NCBI RefSeq assembly: GCF_044704955.1
Contig: NC_091991.1
Span: 140,616,001 to 140,680,000 of the forward strand
Source of the DNA: Pristiophorus japonicus
Lineage: Eukaryota
Reading direction: 5' to 3'
Length of the DNA stretch: 64,000 nucleotides
Below, in pieces: positions 11,301-26,300 of the stretch. The position numbers were made by a program, and so were the translations under genes. The notes under the pieces are model-generated. The model was given only the letters and a program-made list of their open reading frames with translations, did no database searches and was not told where the DNA came from. Position 1 is the first letter of the stretch. Every line of letters begins with the position of its first letter.

Positions 11301-14300
11301 AGGTACAGCAAGTAACCAGGAAGGCAAATTGAATGTCGGCCTTTATTGCAAGGGGGATAGAGTATAAAAGCAGAGAATTCCTGCTACAACTGTACAGGGT
11401 ATTGATGAGGCCACACCTAGAGTACTACGTACAGTTTTGGTCTCCGTATTTAAGGAAGGATATACTTGCATTGGAGGCTGTTCAGAGAAGAATCAATAGG
11501 TTGATTCCGGAGATGAGAGGTTTGACTTATGAAGATAGGTTGAGTAGGTTGGAGTTCAGAAGAATGAGAGGTGATCTTATCGAAACATATAAGGTAATGA
11601 GGGGGCTCGACAAGGTGGATGCAGAGAGGATATTCCCACTTATAGAGGAAACTAAAACTAGGAGGCATAGTCTCAGAATAAGGGGCCACCCATTTAAAAC
11701 TGAGATGAGGAGGAATTTCTTCTCTCAGAATTGTAAATCTGTAGAATTATCTTCCCCAGAGAGTTGTGGAGGCTGGGTCATTGAATATATTTAAGGCAGA
11801 GATAGACAGATTTTTGAGTGATAAGGGAATAAAGAGTTATGGGGAGCGGACAGGGAAGTGGAGCAGAGTCCATGATCAGATCAGCCATGATATTATTAAA
11901 TGCCGGAACAGGCTCAAGGGGCCAAATGGCCTACTCCTGCTCCTATTTCTTATGTTCTTATGACCACAGTGTGGGGACGTTACAGGTACCCATGTCGTTC
12001 CACTTTGAAAAAAGGGAGTTAGTTCCAACACTTTTTATTTTAAAATTTGATTTGCAAAAAAACATCAGAGGCATAACATGTCCAGAACTTACTTCATTGG
12101 CTGCAGCAGCCATTGGAGTTGAATGATTGACAGCATCACCCATAGCAATGGCTAACCTGAGGTCCTTTTGTATGTGTTTCAACAAGAAGTCAGGCTTGAA
12201 GTTTCCCTGTAAAATACCTGAGAGAGAGAGAATCACTAGTGGATACAGTTAATGATATTGGAGGTTATTTATTGTTACATATAATAAATGTTGGGACATA
12301 GCTATTATGGGTGTAAAAAGATAAAAGGTGGCCTTAAATTTTAAGAAAAATTACAGCTTTAGGATGAGCAAGATTAAACAAAAAGTTAGAATTATCTGTA
12401 AATATACAGGCCAGTTTTGAGTGGAAATGTCTAGTTTAACACTGCATATGTTCATCTGAGCAACTAACTTCCAGCCTCCTCTTCATTTTCACAACCAAGC
12501 AAAAAGCTGATTCTTGCTTGGCTTGTGGCACAGCCATGTAACATACCAGTCCACCATATAGTAAAATCCAATTCCACTCTATGGGCATGTTGACTTTTTC
12601 TAACCAAAATCAAGTACAAAAGTCACCTTCAAGCCTGTGTTTATGCAATGGTGCAAGCAATCCTTTGCAGATTGCAAAAGTTGCAGCATCAACTTGCGCA
12701 CTAGTTTTCCATGGTTCATATGGATCTAATGTAGTGTTTCAAACTTAACTTAAACCTGTTCACAAAATTCTACAGAGTAACTGTCCCACAAGCTTCACTG
12801 ATGAGCCAATCTCTCATTCACTTGAGTTATAGATGTTTTAAACTTTAAAGTCATTTATCACCATCACAGGTGAAAAAAAAAAATCATGCTATTAAATATA
12901 TATCTCAACAGAAATCATTTGTGCACTGCACTAACATTTTCCGTTTTCAAAAGAACATGCACTTGTAGATTCTCAGCCAAACAACACTCTTCAAACCTTA
13001 TTCAGTTCTACAGCATCAAAGGAGGGTCTCAGTCTGCACTGTAGCACAATGGGGATCACTCTACTTGCTGTGCTAATTACCAACCCAAGTAAAGCAAACA
13101 AAATAATTTTGTTAAATGGCCAGAAACAATATATAACTCCATAAAATAATGAATACACATTATCAATGATGGGGGTCTATTAACTCAAATATTACAGATC
13201 CTCTTGAAACATTATTGTCCAATACCATAACTTCTATAGCTTGCTCATGAAATAGGTCACGCTAAAGATATTGCTTACAATCGGACTTGTATTTAAACTG
13301 ATACGAAATCCCAGTTTGTTTCCAAAAGCAACATTTGCATCCGAATTTTTAACTGGAAATTACTTTCTTTATACAAGTCTGGATCGAGACAATGAGAATC
13401 CCCTGCCTCTTAACCAATCACCTCCACCCCCAAAATTAGAAGTGTTAATTACTTTGGCACTTCTGGTCCAAAAAAGCACTTGCCAAAGGTCCCTGACTCA
13501 GGATGTAAAGCAAAACTTCTTGCGATTGGCTGGCTATTTTAGCCAATGTGAATCCTTCTGCTACAGAAGCCATGAAACTGCCAAGGATCATATTTACAAT
13601 CAGCATCATCTTCGAGGCATTGCCCACCTCACCTGAAAAGGAAACCATAGTTTACACATGTGCTCCACTTATTACTGAAAGCAGTACTTGCATATAGATT
13701 AATTTTATACACGCTGAGATTGTCAGGCAGCCCAAGCGACGCCTTAATTAGGCAAATTAGTTACGCAAATTAGGCACTAGCAGATGTGTCATTTTAGAAA
13801 ATAAGTCTCTCCATTAGGATTGTCATAAAAATGACAAAACTTAATTCTTTTTCTTCAGGTTGATTTTTACATATTTTTCAATGACCCCAGAATGCTGGTA
13901 TTATTTGGTAGTGCATGGAAAAAGTTACCAAGCTTGACAAGGTGATAGGGCTGAACATCAGTAGACATGCTTCACTGATCAGGTCATTTCATTTGTGCAA
14001 GTCATCTTCTCTGGGGTAAACATCATGCTCAGTAGCTTTTTATGGCCAGTTCCATTAGTTAGTTTAGCAGCATACACAGGTAAAAAATTTCATGGAGATA
14101 GCAAAAATCAAAAAGACCAAGTTGTTTATATTTTTTTTTAATTTGTTCAAAAAAAATTAAGTGGAGTAACTGACTCCATTTGGTTGCAAATAAGTTTAAG
14201 TACATTTCATTGATTCATAAACTGTTACTTTGGTACAGTGTTTAATTAATTTACCACAAAGTGTGATTTCCTCCCGAAAAGAAAATCTCTTGAAGATGTT

Positions 14301-17300
14301 GAGCTTTACAGAACCATAAACAATTCGATCAAAACAATTCAAAAATATGAGGAGAAATAGTTTGAGGATTCTATAAGTACAGACCTACCCAAATAGAAAG
14401 ACTTCTTTCCCATGGCCTGAAAACAGCTGCTACAATCATCAAATAAAGCCTTATCTCCAGCTGCAAGGACCACCAGCATTCCATTTTCCGATAGCTGCCG
14501 ATTCCCTGAGACTGGTGCTTCTAGAAAGCGCCCCCCTCTGGAAGTGATCACCTATGCAACAGAGTAACCATTACAGATCAGTCTTGGCTACTATGGAGTC
14601 TGTTAGTTTGCAAAGAGTACCCCAGATAAGGCCCACCAACCTTCGATCCTAACGAAACACCAGGAACAGCACTGGAATCAGAGAATTGGGACATGACACT
14701 CAATGAAGCACCAGTTGGAGCATTCGATCCCTGCTCTGAAAATTGGGCCAGGAAAACTTTGTAACCATCACCAATGAGGTCTAAGGCACTTGTACAATGA
14801 GATTTTTAAAGCCACACTCAATTGTTCTAGCATCCACTTCACTGTGCCAAAACAATCCCCAGTGTGGTAATCCTCCAACATGCCAATCATACCAACTTAG
14901 CATTAACTACTTTAAAAATTGTGGTTAAAAATTCATGCATATTCTCCCTTGTGTCAAGTCACAGAATCTTCAAAGGATATGGATGCCAGCTGCGTCTCTC
15001 ATGTAAATCTACATGTTTCACATGTAAACATCAAAGGGCTATTTGATTTGGGAAGCATTGCTGTCAATCCTGTCTTCAAGCAATGCCCATACCATGCACT
15101 GTCTAGGAAGGGTCACCAACAATGACCAGGAGTGGCAATCGTAGCTAACGTTTCTCCTCCTGAGCACAGGGAGGCAGAGGCCTATTGTCCCATTTGCACT
15201 GCTGCTCCAACTGTGCTCATCTAATTCAGCACGTAACAGGATCAAACCTGGAACATTCCCCATCACCACACGATACATTTGCCAATTGAGCCATTGGGGA
15301 AGCATTTTCTATACAATGCTTGTAATAAGAGAGACAGAACTAACACTAATAAAAAAGCATTCAGACCAGGCCAGAAGTAAGGAACAAGAGCACAAGGCTT
15401 GTCTGAGAAGCTAGAAAGACAAAAGAAATTCAGGAGTGACCAAAGAATACTGAAAAAAAACATAGCGATACCAGTGAAGTAAATAGGAGGAACTGAAAGT
15501 TGTCAAAGGGCAAACTGGAAACCAAAGACAAGGAAAGTACAGAAATGACTTCAGACCGATAACTGAAGCAAAATGTTAGAGAAGCGAGGCGAGGCATAGG
15601 ACAGATCATTGAAATAAAGCTGCAGCAAGAATCTACATTTCAGAATGAGGTTAACTATGTTCTATAGGGCTTGCCATTTAATTCAATCAAGCCACCACAT
15701 TTACCAAGAAATTTAGACTAGTGGACTAAATAATTTTCAATACAGCTGCACAAACATCAGAAAGGTCCTCATTTCTAGAAGTTGCTTTGAATTACATACT
15801 AATTTGTTTTCTTCAAAACTGTAGAATAGCTATATTTTCATTAGTGCTTGTACAATCTATCCAGTTGGTCTGCTTTGCATGAAATATCTGAAATATGCAG
15901 ATATATACAGTTCACAACAGCTGAAATGAAAAATGCTACAAGACCAATCCATAAAAGATAAGTATTAGTAAATCTTATCTGTGAAAATCAGCTCCTTTTA
16001 TTACCTGTGAGATTTCTGTGGCTGTCTCAGGATCCACTGTAGACATGTCAACGTAGCATTTGCCTGGTCGGATCCCTTGCAGCACCCCACTGGGACCCAG
16101 AACCAACTGAAAGCACAAATAAAACTTACTGCAATTGATAAATAAAAAAAAAACATGGGTTAAACTGAAGGCATCATGTTGAGATATTAATATTAACATT
16201 CCTGTTCATAAAATTAAACAGTGTTAAAATAATTCTTCAAAGTAGCTATCATTATGGTTCTTTGCTGCTTAGCCCATCAGGTTAAGAAACACTAGATTTA
16301 CTTACATCTTTAGCAGACTTTGGGTCAGAAATACAAGAAAGTGTGATATCACATGTAGAAACCACCTCTGCTGGTGTTCGTCCTAAACGTGCCCCTTCCT
16401 GGAGAAAAGGGTCGCACTGCCATAAAATGAAGAGGCATTTGATAAATGTTCACTTCAAAAAGCAAATAATTCACATTCATTTCAAAAGGGCCCCTTCACA
16501 GCACACTCGTAACCCAACGTCCTGTGCCACAGAGCTTTTTTGTTATTCATTCATGGGATGTGGGCCTCGCTGGCAAGGCCAGTATTTATTGCCCATCCCC
16601 AATTGCCCTCGAGAAAGCGGAGGTGAGCCACGTTCTTGAACCGCTGCAGTCCGTGTGGTGAAGGTACTCCCACAGTGCTGTTAGGGAGGGAGTTCCAGGA
16701 TTTTGATCCAGCAACGATGAAGGAATGGCAATATATTTCCAAGTCAGGATAGTGTGTGACTTGGAGGGGAAGTTGCAGGTGATGGTATTCCCATGCAGCT
16801 GTTGTCCTTGTCCTTCTAGGTGGGAGAGGTCGTGGGTTTGGGAGATACTGCCATAGAAGTCTTGCGAGTTGCTGCAGTGCATCTTGTAGATGGTAATACT
16901 GCAGCCATGATGCACCAGTGGTGGAGGGAGTGAATGTTTAAGGTGATGGATGAGGTGCCAATCAAATGGGCTGCTTTGTCCTGGATGGTGTTGAGCCTTG
17001 GAGCTGCACCCATCCAAACAAGTGGAGAGTATTCCATCACACTCCTGGCATGCATGTAGATGGTGTCAAAGGCAGTCACTCTCACCTCTGGAATTTAGCT
17101 CTTTTGTCCATGTTTGGATCAAGGCTGTAATGAGGTCTGGAGCAGAGAAGTCCTGGCGGAACCAAAACTGAGCATCAGTGAGCAGGTTATTGGGGAACAA
17201 GTGCCACTTGGAAGGGGTCATCGACAGTGCTCTCATCGCTTTGCTGATTATTGAGAGTAGACTGTTGGGATGGTAATTGGACGGATTGGATTTGTCCTGC

Positions 17301-20300
17301 TTTTTGTGGACAGACAATAGCTGGGCAGTTTTCCACATTGTCGGATAGATGCCAGTGTTGGAGCTGTACTGAAATAGCTTGGCCAGAGGCACAGCTAGTT
17401 CTGGAGCACAAGTCTTCACACGACAGCCAGGATGTTGTCGGGGCCCATAGCCTTTGCTGTAGAACGGCATTGAACGGCCTGCGCGGGTGCTGCAGCTAAA
17501 CAGGAACATTGCTCAGGATGTCCTAAAGCGCTTTACAGCCAATGGAATACTTTTGAAGTGTAGTCACTGTTGTAATGCAGGGAAACGCAGCAACCAATTT
17601 ACACAACAGGCTCCCACAAATGAGATACACGACCGGATAATCTGTTTTTCAGTGATGTTTGTTGAGGGATAAGTATTGGCTAGGACACAGAACCTGTTTG
17701 TCCTCAAATAGTGCCATGGGATCTTTAATATTTACCCGAGATCCAAAGGACAACAGCTCAAGTGTCAGGCCTGGATTACATGCTCAAGTCGGAGTCAAAA
17801 TGTTGTGGGTTCAAACCCCACTCCAGAGGCAAGAGAGTGCTACCATTGAGCCAAGGTGGACAATAAAAAAAAACTGAGCAAGTGGGCCCAAGAGGCAACA
17901 CACATCAGAAGTTTGAAAGAAGCATACCTTTTCTCCTGTTCGATTCCACACTGTAACAGTGTGCCCCATTTTCAAAAGATTTGCAACAATTCCACTTCCC
18001 ATTAAGCCTAGGCCAAGGAAGCCTATCCTGTAAAATGGCAATAAAAATTGTTTTATTCCTCAAAAATTAATATCCTTCCAGGTTACACAGACATCTTCTA
18101 TTTAAAATCCAATGCGTATCTAGCAATTGTAGTGGAAATGCAATGTAAACCTATTTCACAGAGGTAGTTCTGAGAGCTGGCAACTATTATTAACCAAAGG
18201 TGTTGAAAATGTAAATAGATAGAAATGTCATTAGTTAAAATGGCAGAATCATTAACTTGAGCAACATTCTCTGTTAATTTGGAAACCATTTTGATTTAAA
18301 TGAATGCAATTATTTTTTTTTGGGGGGGGGGGGGGGGGAAGAGAATGAGAAAAGAAGGAAGTAACTGCCTTGGTTACGGAGTCCAATATAAGCCATCAAT
18401 CATGAACCCAGGATGTTTAAATGTTCAAATCATTTCAGCCGAATGCTAATTCAGTACCTCTTTCCAGTTCCCCGAGTATCAGATCAGTTCACACAAAAAT
18501 TCAGATAAACCGACAAAAGATTGAAGTTAATTAATGCGTCATTATAATTTGATTGATAGCAGAACATTGATGAAGCTTCTTCGTAAAGCTTTGTGTTTTG
18601 TTCAATATTTACTAGTTTCATAATTTCAATAATATTGCTTAATTAGATTGATTACTGGATTACACAGAAAACTCAAAATACAGGGTTCCATATAAATCCC
18701 CTGAATATCCACTAAAGAGTGATGTTACTCTCTGCATTACAGCCAATATATATATGCTGAGTGTACGTTGTGCAATAAATTCATTCATTAGCACTAACTA
18801 ACCATGTGTGTATTTTCACCCACACCTCCAAAAATCACTCCTGGGACCAAAGCAGGTTGAGAGCGTTGGTGTTGAGTCTTTTCAGCTTATTGGCTTGTTA
18901 AACACCAATTAAAAGTGAACTTGCAAATTTACTCATGCTTGTACTGTAGAAACCTAGGAACAGGAGTAGGCCATTCAGTCCCTTGAGCCTTCTAATCGGC
19001 CACATAATTAGATCATGTCTGAGTCTGTACCCCAACTCCATTTACCCGCCTTTGCTCATATCCCTTGATATAGTTACCCAACAAAAGACTAACTATCTCA
19101 GTCTTAAAATTTCAGTTGATCCGGTATCCGTCTTTTGGAAGTGTGCCAGATTCCCACTATCCTTTGTGTGGAAAAGTCGTTCTCGATTTCCCTCCAAAGT
19201 GGCATAGGTCTTATCTTTACATTATGCCCTTTGTCCTGAATTCCCACACAAGAGGAAATAGTTTTTTTGCATCTATCCAATCAAATAAATCTCCTAATCA
19301 TTTTAAATGCTTTGATTAGATCATTCAACCATCTAAGCTCAAGGGAATACAAATTAAGTTTATGCAACTTGACCCTCAATTTAACCCTTTAAGCCCCAGT
19401 ATCATTCTGGTAAATTCTTTGCTCCACCCCCTTCAAGGCCAATTATACATTTCCTAAGGGTTGGTGCTCAAAACTGAACTCAGTACTGAAGTGTTTACAA
19501 CCACCTTCAGCCAGAAGTGTCAAGTGGATGATCCGTATCGGCCTCTTCCCAAGGTCCCCACCATCACAGAAGCCAGTCTTCAGCCAATTCGATTCACTCC
19601 ACGTGATATCAAGAAATGGCTGAACACACTGGATACAGCAATGGCAATGGGCCTCAACAACATCCTGGCTGTTGTGCTGAAGATGTGCTCCAGAACCAGC
19701 TGTACCTCTAGCCAAGCTGTTCCAGTACAGCTCCAACACTGGCAGCTATCCGACAATGTGGAAAACTGCCCAGGTATGTCCTGTCCACATAAAGCAGGAC
19801 AAATCCAATCTGGCCAATTACCGCCTCATCAGTCTACTCTTAATCATCATCAGAGTGATGGAAGGTGTCATCAACAGTGCTATCAAGCAACACTTATTCA
19901 CCAATAACCTGCTCACTGATGCCCAATTTGGGTTCCGCCAGGACCACTCAGATCCAGATCTCATTACAGCCTTGGACAAGAGAGCTGAATTCCAGGTGAG
20001 GTGAGATTGACTGCCCTCGACATCAAGGCAGTATTTGACCGAGTGTGGCATCAAGTAGCCCTTGTAAAACTGAAGTCAATGGGAATCAGGGGGAAAACTC
20101 TCCACTGGCTGGAGACATATCTAACACAAAGGAAGATGGTTGTGGTGGTTGGAGGTCAATCATCACAGCCCCACAATATGGCTGCAGGAATTCCTCAGGG
20201 AAGTGTCCGAGGCCCAACCATCTTCAGCTGCTTCATCAATGACCTTCCTTCCATCATAAGGTCAGAAATGGGGATGTTTGCTGATGACTGCAGTGTGTTC

Positions 20301-23300
20301 AGTTCCATTCGCAACTCCTCATAATAGAGCACTCCATGCCCGCATACAGCAAGACCTGGACAACATTCAGGCTTGGGCTGCTAAGTGGCAAGTGACATTC
20401 GTGCCACACAAGTGCCAGGCAATGATTATCTCCAATAAGCGAGAATCTAACCACTGCCCCATAACATTCAATGGCATTACCATCGCTGAACCCCCTGCCA
20501 TCAACATCCTGGGGGTCACCATTGACCAGAAACTTAACTGGACCAGTCACATAAATAGTGTGGCAACAAAAGCAAGTCAGGGGCTGGGTATTCTGCGGTG
20601 AGTGTCTCACCTGCCGACTCGCCAAAGCCTTGCCACCATCTACAAGGCACAAGTCAGGAGTGTGATGGAATACCTTCCACTTACCTGGATGAGTGCAGCT
20701 CCAACAACACTCAAGAAGCTCGACACCATCCAGGACAAGGCAGCCCACTTGATTGGCACCACATCCAACACCTTAAACAAACAGTCATTCTTCCCACCAC
20801 CGGCATACCGTGGCTGCAGTGTGTACCATCTACAAGATGCACTGCAGCAACTCACCAAGGCTTCTTCAGCAGCACCTTCCAAACCCACGACCTCTACCAC
20901 CTAGAAGGACGAGGGCAGCAAGCACATGGGAACATCATCACCTCCATGTTCCCCTCCAAGTCACACACCATCCTGATTTGGAAGCAAATCGCCACTGGAT
21001 TAAAATCCTTGAACTCCCTCCCTAACAGCACTGTGGGAGTACCATCACCACACGGACTGCAGCGATTCAAGGTGACTCACCACCATCTTCTCAAGGGCAA
21101 TTAGGGATGGGCAATAAATGCTGGCCTTGTCAGTGACACCCACATCCAGTGAACGAATTTTTAAAAAGATGGTGTCTGATCATCTGAATCATCAATTCCT
21201 CACTTTTATATTCCAATCCCCTGGAGATAAAGCCAACATAACATAGAATATACAGCATAGAAACAGGCCAATCGGCCCAACTAGTCGGGTGTTGGTGTTT
21301 TACTCCACACGAGGCTCCTCCCATTCCATCTACCTCATCTCAGCCTTTCAGCAAATCTTTCTATTCCCTTCGCTCATGTATTCGTCTAACTCTCCCTTGA
21401 AGGCATCCAAGCCATTCGCCTCAACCACTTCCCATGGTAGCGAGCTCCACATCCCAACCACTCTGAGCAAAGAAGTCTCTCCCTTGGATTTATTAACTAT
21501 CCCATATTTTTGTCCCCAGTCTTGGTTTCTGCCACAAGTGGAAACATTCCCTCCACATCTCCCGAGTTCAACCCACAACATTCTATTAGCTTTCTTGATT
21601 ACTTCTTGTACCTTTTAGGCAATATCTGAACCTAAATCCCATAGCTCCACCAGAGCTCCTAGTCTCTCACCGTAGATCCAAGTTGAAGTCCACGTGCCAT
21701 AGTTTTGCCCACTTAATTTGTCGATGTCCCTTTGTAACTCCCTTCTCCCATCCCCCATCCCCACAACCTACTATGCCTCCTAACTTAGTATCATCTGAGA
21801 ACTTACCAATATCCAACTATATACTTCTTCACACAAGTCATTGACACATGGTTGGTGAAAAGCAGAGGCCCCAGTACAAATGCCTGGGGGACACTACTGG
21901 TCACATCCTGTCAATAAGAGAACATTTCCTGTATCCCCAATCTCTGTTTCCTACCTCCCAAGCAAGTACCACCCCATGCCACAAGGTTACCTCCAATTCA
22001 GTGCACTTTCATTTTTGCTAATAATCTCGTGTGGAATCTGATGAAATGCATTCTGGAGGTCCATATAGTCAACATCCATAGACTCTTCCCCATCCACTGT
22101 TACTAACCACCCCTACTGCCCAACAGAACTATTTCAACCTCATTAAGGGAAGCCATGGATGAATTGAGTCAATCACCTGGAATCAAGATGCAACATCAAT
22201 ACTGTACTGCCAGTATTTTTAAACATGACAATGGCACTTCACTTTTCTTTTTGAAACATTGGCAAGCATCCTGCAATTACCAAAGATATATTTGCAAGTT
22301 CACCATTGCATTACCCGGGTCAGATTTCCTGTTTTGAAATCATAGAAATTTACAGCACAGGAGGCCACTATTCGGCCAATCGTGTCCGTGCCAGCTGACA
22401 ATGAGCTATCCAGCCTAATCCCACTTTCCAGCTCTTGGTCCGTACCACTCATAATTTTACACACCTCAATTAGGTCTCCCCTCAGTTTCCTCTGTTGCAA
22501 AGAAAACAACCCCAGCTTATCCAATCTTTCCTCATAGCTAAAATTCTCCAGTCCGGGCAACATCCTGTAAATCTCTTCTGTACCCTCTCTTGTGCAATCA
22601 CATCTTTCCTGTAATGTGGTGACCAGAACTGCATGCAGTACTCTAGCTGTGGCCATAACTAGTGTTTTAATCAGTTCAAGCATAACCTCCCTGCTCTTGC
22701 ATTCTATGCCTTGGCTAATAAAGGCATGTATCCCATAAGCCTTCTTAACCACCTGATCGATCTGTCCTGCTACCTTCAGGGATCTGTGGACCTGCACTCC
22801 AAGGTCCTTTTTGTTCCTCTACACTTCAGTGTCCTGTCATTTATTGTGAATTCCCTTGCCTCGTTAGCCCTCCCCAAATGAATTACCTCACACTTCTCCG
22901 GATTGAATTCCATTTGCCAATGTTCTGCCCATCTGACCAGTCCATTGATATCTTTCTGCATTCTACAGCTTTCTTCATTATCAACCACACAGTTAATTTT
23001 TGTATCATCTACAAAATGACTGCAGGTCGGAGGTCAAGTCCAAATCATTGATATATACCACAAAATGCAAGGGTTCTAGTACTGAGCCCTGTAGAATCCC
23101 ACTGGAAATAACCTTCCAGTCACAAAAACACACATCAACCATTACCCTTTGCTTCCTGCCTCTGCGCCAATTTTGGATCCAACTTAGCACTTTCCCATGG
23201 GCTTTTACTTTCTTGATCAGTCTTCCACGTGGGACCTTAGCAAAAGCCTTGCTAAAATCCATATAGACTACATCAAATGCACTACTCTCATCGACCCTAC

Positions 23301-26300
23301 TGGTTATCTCCTGAAACAATTCAATCAAGTTAGTCAGACATGACCTTCCCTTAACAAATCCATGCTGACTGTCCTTAATTAATCCATGTCTTTCTAAATT
23401 AAGATTTATCCTGTCCCTCAGAATTTTTTCCAATAATTTTCCCACCACCGAGGTCAGGCTGACTGGCTGTAAGTACTTGGTCTATCCCTTCCTTCCTTTT
23501 TAAACAATGGTACAACATTAGCAATCCTCCGGCACCACACCTGTAGCCAGAGAGGATTGAAAAATGATGGTCAGAGCCTCTGCTATTTCCTCTCGAGAAC
23601 AGCCTAGGGATTTAATCCACTTTCAAAGCTTCTAAACCCCTTATTACTTCCTCCCTCACTATGTTTATTTCACCTCCTATTTCACACTGCTCCTCCGAAT
23701 GCAATGTCTGCATCGTCCGTCTCGTGAAAACAGACACAAAGTATTCATTAAGAACCATACCCACGTCTTCTGCCTCCATACATCTTTTTGGTCTTTAATA
23801 GGCCCTACTTTTCTTTAGTTATCCTCTTGCTCTTAATGTATTTATAGAACATCTTTGGGTTTTCCTTGATTTTTTACTTGCCAATATTTTTTCATGCCCT
23901 TTCTTTGCTTTCCTAATTTCCTTTTTCATTTCGCCCCTGCACTTTCTATACTCCTCTAGGGTTTATGTAGTATTGAGCCCTCAGTATCAGTCATAAGCTT
24001 CCCTTTTTTTTTTGACATGCTGTGAATATATTAAAATCAATCCTGGCATGCAGTAGCATCATGAGAGTTTGACAGACTATTAAAAAAATCTACCACTCAG
24101 TATGTATGACCTTTCAAGTACCTGAGCGACAGATCATGGCGTTGAACAAATAAAGTCCAAATAGTCTGTAACCACTACTTCATTATGCATTCCAATGCAT
24201 AGTTTCCAAGCAATGTGCACAGTACCCATGAATTTAATGATTCACGAATTCCCCACTTATTCCATGGTAAAGATATCAATGACTTCTCCAAGGTACAAGT
24301 TAACTGCTCAAAACATGGCTTAAGCCACAACAGTCCAAACACATTTTAGTACAGAATCCTTACAACCAGGAGAAAGGGATACATTCATCCCAACCTATTA
24401 CTCTGGGCTGAATTCAAACCCAAAAATTGCTAATCTGCTGCATCTCCCAGTACTCAAAAGGTTGTTTGATTAATGGTTGAATAGCTGGTTATCAGCCCAA
24501 GTGGTTGAATATTGAGTCGTTTATTTGTAAAACAAAACACTTCATGATATCACTGTTTTTATGCTTATGTTAAAAGTCCAGTGATTATGCAGCTCAGAGG
24601 TGAGTTAAGCAGCGCCAGTGACAACTTAACTGGTACAACATTTGTAGTATACGCCGAAGACTGGAGTGACCATGTCAATATGCAAACGCATGGTATTTAT
24701 AATGCAGATGTGTTTCTTTTGGTATTGATGATCATTTAAAAAGATGTGGTATAGTGCCTTGATACAAGATACTGTGGACACATGGCAAGTCCCCATCACT
24801 GCCTCCTCCTCTTTCGTATGGTAGTAGCAAATCAAATGTCAGTATCCAAGTTGGATATCCAGGCCAAAGCTTCTGGTGAAACAGCGTGGATATCTTGTAG
24901 GCAGTCTGCAGATTTCCTGAGGGCAGTGCTCAATGATGTGCTTCAAGGTTTGATTAGGAGCTCCACAGTCACTGGATGGGGATGCTTTAATTTTCCATCT
25001 ATGAAGAAGGTGGCAGCATCTACCATGACCAGTTCTGAGGCAGGTGATGGTTGTCCACTGTTTGGAAGGAAGGTTTGATCCTTCAGGTTGTACTGTGGGG
25101 TCCTCTTAAAAGGAATCCATTCCGTATGTCACAGTTTTTCCAAGCATTTCGCCATTGGTCATCAAAGCTGAGGAGATTGATGAAGGGCTTCGGCGACGGT
25201 CCAAAATGTCCTTCTAAATTTGAGAAGGGTTGGTGGTAGGTTGTTCAAATCGGCATGGATTGGCATGTCTTTGCTGGTATAGCGGTTGTATTCTTTGGAG
25301 ACTGCATATTCATGGCGCAGGTGTGTTGGTGCGATGTTTGCAAGTACGGCAGCTAAAGTGTTGGTGTTGATCAAAACATTCTGGTGATAATTCTCATAAT
25401 ACAATTTAGCTGGACATCAACGGATTTGACATGTGGACTTGATTGCCATGCCGAAGAGCAGTACTCCGCTGTAGAGTACACCAGGGCAAATGCTGCCGTA
25501 CGGAGGGTTTGTGCGTCTGCTCTCCAAGTGGATCTGGCGAGTTTCTAGATCAAGTTGACCCTACTCTTTAGTTTCTGCCTTCTCCAATACAAAATTCAAC
25601 ATGGGATCTTCTAATGCTCATTCGCGCAGGCAGTGACAACTTCTTTTCATTGAAAATTGGGAGCAATTTGCTAATCTCTCCAGTCAGTTACAGAAAATAT
25701 ATTTTAGGAAGGGAAACACAGAGGAAATCAGAAAGGAGCTGCTGCTTTTAAATCTTGGGATTCTGTTAACTTTGAGCAACGATTCAGTACCATCTACCCG
25801 CTTCAGACCAAAGTCTGAATGGTGCAAGTGGGTTGACCTCAATTATTGCAAAAATGGAAAGTCAGTCAAATACCAGACTGAATGAGCCACCAGATTATCA
25901 GTAGCAAAGCCAAACACATTAAACTATACCCAGCAATTGCAAGGAAGGAAGTCCTGTGGTTTTGACATACAGTTTAACATTTTGAATTGTAATGAAAGTC
26001 CTACAGATAAATGCATAAACCTAGAAAACCTTCTGGTGTCAAGATTTTAGTTATATGATCATTTTGTACAGAAATGGTTACATTACTAGATGCTTGGCTC
26101 TGATCCATGCAGCATAACTCAATAGTAATTACTATCTGTACTAATTTTATTGCAAAATCAATTGCAATGAGAAGACAGAGAATGTTCTCTTCATTTAGTT
26201 ATGTAGATTAATAACGCTCTCTAGTCACGGTTGGAACATAAGAATATAAGAACATAAGAATTAGGAACAGGAGTAGGCCATCTAGCCCCTCGAGCCTGCT

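Noticed and set aside
15255-15300. tRNA gene (also at 17790-17855)
   Set aside because: A/B-box-like motifs belong to SINE heads; no complete cloverleaf can be formed
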